Assembly: GCA_025451045.1 (NCBI GenBank)
Contig: JANWLD010000001.1
Coordinates: 471,468 to 535,467 of the forward strand
Reading direction: 5' to 3'
Length of the DNA stretch: 64,000 nucleotides
From: Candidatus Saccharimonadales bacterium
GTDB taxonomy: Bacteria; Patescibacteriota; Saccharimonadia; Saccharimonadales; 2-12-FULL-41-12
Made by a program: the position numbers and the translations under genes. The notes under the pieces are model-generated. The model saw nothing but the letters and a program-made list of their open reading frames with translations. It had not been told where the DNA came from and did not search any database. Below, in pieces: positions 20,625 to 26,850 of the stretch. Position 1 is the first letter of the stretch. The number at the start of each line of letters is the position of its first letter.

Positions 20625-21253
20625 TGGGCCAGAAAGTAAATCCGATTAGTTTCCGTCTTCAGGTAAACAAACACTGGAAGAGCAAATGGTTCGCTAATAA
20701 AAAAGACTATGCGGAGTATCTGACACAAGATTTGACGGTCAGGCGGATGATAGTCAAAGAACTGGGCTCCCGCGCGGCTATAAACAAAGTTGACATTGAA
20801 CGCTCGCCTAACTTGGCCACTGTTACCATCACCACGGCCAAAGCCGGTGTTGTTATCGGCAGAGGCGGTACAGGCGCCCAAATACTAAAAGACCGAATTG
20901 AGAAAATCTACGGCGTACCGGTCAGGATTAACATTGAAGAAATCAAAAAAGCGGAACTTTACGCGAAGCTTGTCGCTGAGAATATTGCCCATCAGCTGGA
21001 AAGAAGAATTTCCTTCCGCCGGGCTATTAAACAATCTGCGGCCGCGACCATGCGGGCTGGAGCAAAGGGTGTACGTATCGAAGTAGCCGGCCGTCTTAAT
21101 GGCGCGGATATGAGCCGCCGCGAAAAAGTGGTTGAAGGCAGCGTGCCATTACACACTTTGCGTGCCGATATCGATTACTCGGGTGTCAGGGCCCGCACTA
21201 ATGCCGGTATCATTGGCGTGAAAGTTTGGATTTATAAAGGAGAGGTGCTCTGA
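20624..21253 (+). CDS. rpsC: 30S ribosomal protein S3
   Basis: 209-aa S3 translation (MGQKVNPISFRL..., a KH domain, GRLNGADMSR). Confidence 0.97.
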   Translation: MGQKVNPISFRLQVNKHWKSKWFANKKDYAEYLTQDLTVRRMIVKELGSRAAINKVDIERSPNLATVTITTAKAGVVIGRGGTGAQILKDRIEKIYGVPVRINIEEIKKAELYAKLVAENIAHQLERRISFRRAIKQSAAATMRAGAKGVRIEVAGRLNGADMSRREKVVEGSVPLHTLRADIDYSGVRARTNAGIIGVKVWIYKGEVL

Positions 21254-21378
21254 TGTTCCGCTTCACTACACACCAGGTTATAGGTTACAGGTTACAGGTT
21301 ATAGTTAAGACAAACCATCTAGCCCCTTGCACCTATAGCCTGATCCCTAAAGCGACCGAAGGGAGCTTTCCATGCTGA
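21253..21378 (+). repeat. Family A structured repeat, copy A1 (divergent), containing an open 41-codon mini-cistron
   Basis: The ATG overlaps the rpsC TGA (TGATG). The frame is open to a TGA at 21376-21378, overlapping the rplP ATG (21372) by 7 nt. Peptide: [41 protein letters not shown]. It is homologous to the copies at 24072, 25606 and 29631. Confidence 0.85.
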
Positions 21379-21788
21379 TTCCGAAACGCCAGAAGCACCG
21401 ACGAGTGATGAAAGGTCGTATCAAAGGCCCTGCTACCAGTGGCAATACCATTGCCTTTGGCAGCTATGCGCTGCAGTCTATGGGCCAAGACCGGGTTACC
21501 AGCCGCCAGATAGAATCAGCTCGCCAGGCGATGACCCGCTATATCAAACGAGGCGGTAAGATCTGGATAAGGATTTTCCCTCATACTCCTGTTACTAAAA
21601 AACCGCTGGGCCTTAAGATGGGCGGCGGCAAAGGCTCTCCTGAATACTTTGTAGCAAAGGTACGCAAAGGTACAGTATTGTTTGAAATGCAAGGCGTTTC
21701 CGAGGAAACAGCCCGCGAAGCCATGAGGCTGGCTGCCCACAAATTACCGATAAAGACCAGGTTTATTGTCAGAGAGGGCGAAACATGA
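21372..21788 (+). CDS. rplP: 50S ribosomal protein L16
   Basis: 138-aa L16 translation ([11 protein letters not shown]...). Confidence 0.97.
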   Translation: MLIPKRQKHRRVMKGRIKGPATSGNTIAFGSYALQSMGQDRVTSRQIESARQAMTRYIKRGGKIWIRIFPHTPVTKKPLGLKMGGGKGSPEYFVAKVRKGTVLFEMQGVSEETAREAMRLAAHKLPIKTRFIVREGET

Positions 21789-21919
21789 ATCCCGTAGTAG
21801 ATCTCCTAGAACTGAAGTTGAGCAAGCTGTTTTTGTATGGCCGAGTGTCGGTACGTTATTCAGTTTTGTATATTTTTAATCTTCCTTATGGAATAACTAG
21901 GAGGCTCACTACAGGATGA
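21785..21919 (+). repeat. Family B structured repeat, copy B1, containing an open 44-codon mini-cistron
   Basis: ATGA overlap with the rplP stop and ATGA overlap with the rpmC start. Peptide: [44 protein letters not shown]. Terminal arms 21791-21809 and 21897-21915 are complementary, and the 3' arm contains the rpmC AGGAGG. Confidence 0.85.
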
Positions 21920-22116
21920 AAATAGCCGAGATACGCAAATTAGAGACCAATCAACTGATAAAAAGCGTGGATGAAGTAAGGGTTGAAATAGCCAAACTGC
22001 GACGCAGTATCCATATGGGTGAAACCAGCAATGTCCGGATGATACGCGCCAAGCGCAAACAGCTAGCTCGTATGCTAACCGTTATGAGCGAACAACTTGA
22101 GAAGGAGAAAGTATAA
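21916..22116 (+). CDS. rpmC: 50S ribosomal protein L29
   Basis: 66-aa L29-like translation in the conserved position. Confidence 0.93.
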   Translation: MKIAEIRKLETNQLIKSVDEVRVEIAKLRRSIHMGETSNVRMIRAKRKQLARMLTVMSEQLEKEKV

Positions 22117-22509
22117 ATGGGTAAGACATTAGTAGGGACTGTAAGTTCAGTCGCGCCGAATAAGACCATAGTAATTGCTGTTAGTACCCGAAAAACCCAT
22201 CCTATTTACAAAAAACAGTACAAAGTCACTACTAAATTCATGGCTCATGACGAAGAAAATTCGTGTAAAGTCGGTGACCTTGTCAGCATTGTCGAAACGC
22301 GGCCGATTTCTGCTAGAAAACGCTTCAAATTGGAAAAGATTTTGGAACACGCAAGGTTGAGCAAAGATGATTTGAAGGTTATGAATACGGACGAACCCGA
22401 AAAGAAAGCAGACAAGCCGTCAGAAAAAGTGGAGAAGAAGGATTCAACCGAAAAAACTGAGGATAAAGCGGATAAAAAGGCTTCATCGGACAAGGAAAAG
22501 GGCAAATGA
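22117..22509 (+). CDS. rpsQ: 30S ribosomal protein S17 with K/D/E-rich C-terminal tail
   Basis: S17 core (GTVSS...KTIVIAV...YKKQYKV), followed by a low-complexity tail of about 50 aa. Confidence 0.93.
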   Translation: MGKTLVGTVSSVAPNKTIVIAVSTRKTHPIYKKQYKVTTKFMAHDEENSCKVGDLVSIVETRPISARKRFKLEKILEHARLSKDDLKVMNTDEPEKKADKPSEKVEKKDSTEKTEDKADKKASSDKEKGK

Positions 22510-22874
22510 TACAACAGGAATCCCGAGTACTGGTTTGTGATAACAGCGGCGCGAAAGAACTATTGTGCATTCGTGTACTTGGTGGCACTAAACGCCGCTA
22601 TGCCCGAGTTGGCGATATTATCGTAGCCACCGTGAAACAGGCCAACCCCAGCGGTAATGTCAAGAAAAAGACGGTCGTGAGGGCGGTAATCGTGCGAACC
22701 AAACATTCTATCAAGCGTAAAGATGGCTCGACCATTTCTTTTGACGATAACGCCGCGGTGATAATAGGTGAAGATAGACTACCGAGAGCTACCCGTATCT
22801 TTGGTCCGGTACCGCGTGAACTGCGGGACCAAGGCTACAGCAAGATAATTAGCTTAGCGCCGGAGGTACTATGA
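22506..22874 (+). CDS. rplN: 50S ribosomal protein L14
   Basis: 122-aa L14 translation ([17 protein letters not shown]). Confidence 0.97.
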   Translation: MIQQESRVLVCDNSGAKELLCIRVLGGTKRRYARVGDIIVATVKQANPSGNVKKKTVVRAVIVRTKHSIKRKDGSTISFDDNAAVIIGEDRLPRATRIFGPVPRELRDQGYSKIISLAPEVL

Positions 22875-23215
22875 GTAAGCTAATAGCTAATAAGGTGCAT
22901 AAAATCAGGCTGAAAAAAGGCGACAAAGTAATAGTATTGTCCGGTAAGTACAAGAGCGAAACTGGTACTGTCCAAGCTACCCACCCCAAAGAGAACAAAG
23001 TAACCGTCGAAGGTATAAATATCGTCAAAAAAGCAGTCAAGCCAAACCGTCAGCATCCGCAGGGAGCTATAGTTGAAATCACCAAACCGCTGTGGGTTAG
23101 CAAAGTAGCGATTGTCGAACCAACTAGCAAGAAACCCAGCCGCATCGGCTATAAGCTGTCCAAAGCGGGCGAGAAAACCCGCGTGTTTAAACGAAACGGA
23201 AAGGAGATAAAGTAA
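22871..23215 (+). CDS. rplX: 50S ribosomal protein L24
   Basis: 114-aa protein with a KOW-containing L24-like translation ([14 protein letters not shown]). Confidence 0.93.
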   Translation: MSKLIANKVHKIRLKKGDKVIVLSGKYKSETGTVQATHPKENKVTVEGINIVKKAVKPNRQHPQGAIVEITKPLWVSKVAIVEPTSKKPSRIGYKLSKAGEKTRVFKRNGKEIK

Positions 23216-23796
23216 TGGCTGAAGCAACTAATACTACCGCACAAGATACTGTCCGCTTGAAAAAACTTTATAACGAGCAGATCTCCTCTGAGCTAAAAGA
23301 AGAACTTGGCCTTAAAAACATCCACCAAGTACCAAAACTGGAGAAGATAGTAGTTAACATCGGGCTTGGCAAGGCCAAGGACGACAAACGGATGTTTGAA
23401 GTAGCTAACAATACGCTTTTGAAAGTTACCGGCCAAAAAGCCCAGGAAACTTACGCCCGGATGAGCATCGCGACATTCAAACTGCGCGAAGGTAACAAAG
23501 TCGGCCTTAAGGTAACTTTGCGCGGAGAGCGGATGTACGAATTTTTAGACCGGCTTATCAACATCGTGTTACCGAGACTGCGTGATTTCCATGGAGTCAG
23601 CAATAAATCTTTCGATGGCCAGGGCAATTACAGTATCGGAATCGTTGAACAATCGATTTTCCCGGAATTATCCTTTGAAGAAACATCGGTACCGCACGGT
23701 ATGCAGTTGATAATCGTCACCGATTCGCATAACGTAGAGCACAATAAACAGCTATTAATTAAATTCGGTATGCCTTTCGAGAAAGGGGACAAATAG
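23215..23796 (+). CDS. rplE: 50S ribosomal protein L5
   Basis: 193-aa L5-like translation in the conserved position. Confidence 0.95.
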   Translation: MAEATNTTAQDTVRLKKLYNEQISSELKEELGLKNIHQVPKLEKIVVNIGLGKAKDDKRMFEVANNTLLKVTGQKAQETYARMSIATFKLREGNKVGLKVTLRGERMYEFLDRLINIVLPRLRDFHGVSNKSFDGQGNYSIGIVEQSIFPELSFEETSVPHGMQLIIVTDSHNVEHNKQLLIKFGMPFEKGDK

Positions 23797-24066
23797 ATGG
23801 CTAAGAAATCAATCGTTAACAGGGACGAAAAACGTAAGAAGATGATAGCTAAATATGCCAAAAAACGAGCTGAAATGAAACAGGCTGGAGACCTTGTCGG
23901 CCTTCATCTTCTGCCTCGTAATTCATCCCCTACCCGGTTCAAGAACCGCTGTAGTGAGACCGGCCGCCCGCGAGCCTACATGCGCACCTTCGGCTTATCG
24001 AGGATTTCTTTTAGGGAACACGCGTCAAAAGGTGAAATACCCGGAGTAACGAAAGGAAGTTGGTAA
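23797..24066 (+). CDS. rpsN: 30S ribosomal protein S14 (long, Cys-less form)
   Basis: 89-aa S14 translation ending ...GVTKGSW, with no CxxC pairs. Confidence 0.95.
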   Translation: MAKKSIVNRDEKRKKMIAKYAKKRAEMKQAGDLVGLHLLPRNSSPTRFKNRCSETGRPRAYMRTFGLSRISFREHASKGEIPGVTKGSW

Positions 24067-24071
24067 TATAG

Positions 24072-24191
24072 ATGTTCCGCTTCACTACACATCAGGTTAC
24101 AGGTTATAGGTTACAGGTTATAGCCAAGATAAACTTTCTAACCCCTAGCCCCTATAACCTAACCCCTAAAGCGACAGAAAGGAGCACCTAA
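24072..24191 (+). repeat. Family A structured repeat, copy A2, containing an open 39-codon mini-cistron
   Basis: The ATG lies 5 nt after the rpsN TAA, and the TAA at 24189-24191 abuts the rpsH ATG. Peptide: MFRFTTHQVTGYRLQVIAKINFLTPSPYNLTPKATERST. There is a perfect 10-bp stem between 24101-24110 and 24151-24160. Confidence 0.88.
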
Positions 24192-24587
24192 ATGGTATCC
24201 ACAGATCCAGTTTCAGACATGCTGACCAGGCTGCGCAATGCGATTGCCGTTGGCAAGGCTGATGTCAGTTTGCCACATTCGAACATCAAGCAGTCGGTCG
24301 CTGAACTGCTAAAGAAAAGCGGCTTCATCGACGAAGTAAAAGTTGACGGAACCGGCATTGATAAGAAAGTGCTGATAAAAATTAATCCAAAGAGCGAAAA
24401 CGCGCGCATTACCGAGATAGCGCGACTGAGCCGTCCCGGCCGGCGCTTGTACGCCAAGGCCAAGGACATTCCAGTGGTCATGCAGGGCCGCGGACTGGTC
24501 ATAATTTCTACCTCCAAAGGTATTATGACCGGTGAAGAAGCTAAAAAAGCCAAAATCGGCGGAGAGTTAATCTGCAAGGTTTATTAA
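24192..24587 (+). CDS. rpsH: 30S ribosomal protein S8
   Basis: 131-aa S8 translation (DPVSDMLTRLRNA). Confidence 0.97.
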   Translation: MVSTDPVSDMLTRLRNAIAVGKADVSLPHSNIKQSVAELLKKSGFIDEVKVDGTGIDKKVLIKINPKSENARITEIARLSRPGRRLYAKAKDIPVVMQGRGLVIISTSKGIMTGEEAKKAKIGGELICKVY

Positions 24588-25120
24588 TGAGTAGAATTGG
24601 AAAACAACCAGTCAAAATACCGTCAGGCGTCACAGTGGATGTGAAAGACGATGCGATAACTGTCAACGGTTCAAAGGGTTCGTTGACCCAATTCACTATG
24701 CCCCAGGTTAAGGTAGTTCAGGAAAATGATGAACTGGTTTTTCAGCCGAACGATGACGAGGCTCGCTCGAAGCAGGGTTTGATGCGGACACTTGTCCAAA
24801 ATATGGTTACCGGTGTTAGCGAAGGTTTCGAAAAGAAGCTGGAAGTCAACGGCGTCGGCTTTAGGGTCAACCTTGCCGGCCAAGATCTGAAGATGTATCT
24901 TGGATATTCGCACGAGGTTGTCTACAAGATCCCCGAAGGCATCAATGTCAAAGTCGAACAGAACATCATAACCGTCAGTGGTATCAGCCGCCAACAGGTC
25001 GGACAGGTTGCCGCCGAAATACGGTCATTGAAAAAGCCAGAACCCTACAAAGGCAAAGGCATAAAGTACGTAGACGAACGGATTATCCGAAAAAGCGGTA
25101 AGTCAGGCAAGGAAAAATAA
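24587..25120 (+). CDS. rplF: 50S ribosomal protein L6
   Basis: 177-aa L6 translation (MSRIGKQPVKIPSGV). Confidence 0.97.
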   Translation: MSRIGKQPVKIPSGVTVDVKDDAITVNGSKGSLTQFTMPQVKVVQENDELVFQPNDDEARSKQGLMRTLVQNMVTGVSEGFEKKLEVNGVGFRVNLAGQDLKMYLGYSHEVVYKIPEGINVKVEQNIITVSGISRQQVGQVAAEIRSLKKPEPYKGKGIKYVDERIIRKSGKSGKEK

Positions 25121-25255
25121 ATGAGTCCCGTAGTAGATCTCCAAGAACATTCGTTGAATAAACTGTATTTAACTGATAAGCTGTCTATCCATAGTCCAGC
25201 TTTATTAATTTCTAATGCTCTTTGCGGAGCAACTTGGAGGCTCACTACGGGATGA
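25121..25255 (+). repeat. Family B structured repeat, copy B2, containing an open 44-codon mini-cistron
   Basis: The ATG directly follows the rplF TAA, and the TGA overlaps the rplR ATG (ATGA). Peptide: MSPVVDLQEHSLNKLYLTDKLSIHSPALLISNALCGATWRLTTG. Terminal arms 25126-25145 and 25233-25252 are complementary. Confidence 0.85.
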
Positions 25256-25605
25256 GTAGATTAGTGTCAAAGCGTAATAACATAACCAGGAGAAAGAACC
25301 GGGTCAGAACCATGATCCGGACTAATTCAGGGCATCCCCGCTTATCCGTTAATATCAGTAACCGGCATATCCTAGCCCAGGTGATAGATGACAGCGCCCA
25401 TAAGACATTGATATCAGTCTCAACCGAAAAGCAGGCCTATAAAGGCAATATGACTGAAAAAGCCGGCTTGGTGGGCAAGGAAATTGCTGAAAAAGCCAAA
25501 GCCAAGAAAATCAAACAAGTTGTTTTAGACAGGGGCTCTAGACTGTATCATGGCCGTATCAAAGTCCTGGCAGACGCGGCCCGCGAGGAAGGATTGGTAA
25601 TATAG
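25252..25605 (+). CDS. rplR: 50S ribosomal protein L18
   Basis: The L18 translation starts MSRLVSKRNNITRRKNR. The ATG at 25252 is preferred over the track start at 25222 because it sits 11 nt after GGAGG, matching the homologous B1/rpmC junction. Confidence 0.93.
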   Translation: MSRLVSKRNNITRRKNRVRTMIRTNSGHPRLSVNISNRHILAQVIDDSAHKTLISVSTEKQAYKGNMTEKAGLVGKEIAEKAKAKKIKQVVLDRGSRLYHGRIKVLADAAREEGLVI

Positions 25606-25725
25606 ATGTTCCGCTTCACTACACATCAGGTTACAGGTTATAGGTTACAGGTTATAGCCAAGATAAACTTTCTAACCCCTAGCCCCTATAACCTAACCCC
25701 TAAAGCGAAAGAATGGAGCGCATAA
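25606..25725 (+). repeat. Family A structured repeat, copy A3, containing an open 39-codon mini-cistron
   Basis: The ATG directly follows the rplR TAG, and the TAA overlaps the rpsE ATG (TAATG). Peptide: MFRFTTHQVTGYRLQVIAKINFLTPSPYNLTPKAKEWSA. A 115-nt stretch is identical to A2. Confidence 0.88.
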
Positions 25726-26330
25726 TGGCTGAGATGAACAGAAGAAAAGATATTAAGCCGCTAGAGCTGGAAGAGAAGCAATTTGAAGAAAGGGTCGTGC
25801 ATATCGACCGCGTGGCCCGCGTGGTCAAAGGCGGACGGCGCTTCCGGTTCCGTGCCCTCGTGGTGGTAGGTGACAAGAAGGGACGGGTAGGCGTAGCTAC
25901 CGCCAAAGGCGCGGATGTTACCGCGGCCGTAGCCAAAGCAGTCGACGTGGCCAAGAAGAACCTGACTACTTTAGTACTTTATAAAGGCACTCTGCCGCAT
26001 GAAGTTCAGGCCAAAGTTGGCGGTTCGAACATTCTGTTGAAGCCTGCCAGCCCCGGAACCGGTATTATCGCCGGCGGCGTGGTACGTACGTTACTTGAAG
26101 TCGGCGGTGTCAGCAATGCCCTCTCCAAATCTCTCGGTTCGAGTAACAAGGTCAATACCGCCTATGCGACGCTGAAAGCGCTCAAAAGCGTAGTGCCAGC
26201 AGACAAGTGGATTACCAGAATCCAGACAAAAGCCAATAGTCCCAAGCTAAAAGCTAAAATAGAAAATCCGGAAAAGAAGACAGAGAAGAAAGTAACTGCC
26301 AAACCGAAAAAAACGGAAAGTAAGAAGTGA
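25725..26330 (+). CDS. rpsE: 30S ribosomal protein S5 with K-rich C-terminal tail
   Basis: S5 translation (VVHIDRVARVVKGGRRFRFRALVVVGD). The ATG at 25725 is preferred over the in-frame ATG at 25713, by analogy with the other family A junctions where GGAG precedes the start. Confidence 0.93.
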   Translation: MAEMNRRKDIKPLELEEKQFEERVVHIDRVARVVKGGRRFRFRALVVVGDKKGRVGVATAKGADVTAAVAKAVDVAKKNLTTLVLYKGTLPHEVQAKVGGSNILLKPASPGTGIIAGGVVRTLLEVGGVSNALSKSLGSSNKVNTAYATLKALKSVVPADKWITRIQTKANSPKLKAKIENPEKKTEKKVTAKPKKTESKK

Positions 26331-26803
26331 AATACAACCAGCTTAAGACCACCAGCAATAAACAACCAAAACGTTCTGGCCGCGGTATTGCTGCCGGTCG
26401 TGGCAAGACAGCCGGTCGTGGCACCAAAGGCCAGGGCGCACGCAAAAGCGGAGGTGTCCGACCAGGCTTCGAAGGCGGCCAGATGCCTCTTTATATGAGA
26501 CTTCCCAAGCTACGCGGCTTCAAATCGCACCGTCCGGCTACAGCCGTGGTTTATACCGGACAGCTTGAAAGTCTTGGCAAAGCCAAAGTGGACAGTAAAG
26601 TCTTAGCAGAAGCCGGTTTGATTGAAAATCCTTACCAAAAAGTAAAACTTGTAGTTAACGGTAAGATTTCCAAAAAAGTCGAAGTAAAGCTGTTTTCCGC
26701 CAGTAAGACGGCAGTTGATATGGTCAAGAAAGCCGGTGGCAGTTTCGCTCCAACCGAACAGCTGAAACGCCCAAAGAAACCTACAAAAGAGCCTGCCAAG
26801 TAG
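26327..26803 (+). CDS. rplO: 50S ribosomal protein L15
   Basis: GTG start overlapping the rpsE stop (GTGA). The translation is L15-like (RSGRGIAAGRGKTAGRGTKGQ). No L30 gene lies between S5 and L15. Confidence 0.95.
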   Translation: MKYNQLKTTSNKQPKRSGRGIAAGRGKTAGRGTKGQGARKSGGVRPGFEGGQMPLYMRLPKLRGFKSHRPATAVVYTGQLESLGKAKVDSKVLAEAGLIENPYQKVKLVVNGKISKKVEVKLFSASKTAVDMVKKAGGSFAPTEQLKRPKKPTKEPAK

Positions 26804-26850
26804 CCTACCGTCGGATAGGCTAATACTGTATACTAGTAACCAAATCATTT

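Noticed and set aside
20147-20881. 244-aa ORF on the minus strand across rpsS, rplV and rpsC
   Set aside because: It lies entirely antisense to three unmistakable r-protein genes. It is a shadow ORF typical of stop-poor antisense frames and has no independent signals.
21268-21305. Tandem AYAGGTT heptads considered as a CRISPR array or microsatellite
   Set aside because: There are only about 4 units with no spacers, and they always occur within the family A hairpin 5' arm. This is not CRISPR-like.
25222-25251. Upstream extended starts offered by the ORF track for rplR. The same issue applies to rpsE 25713, infA 28365, holB 34653, rplK 47007, rplA 47487 and rplJ 51986.
   Set aside because: The extensions lack Shine-Dalgarno support and add non-homologous residues before canonical N-termini. 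For rplR the extension would run through the family B element. Downstream ATGs with proper Shine-Dalgarno spacing are preferred.
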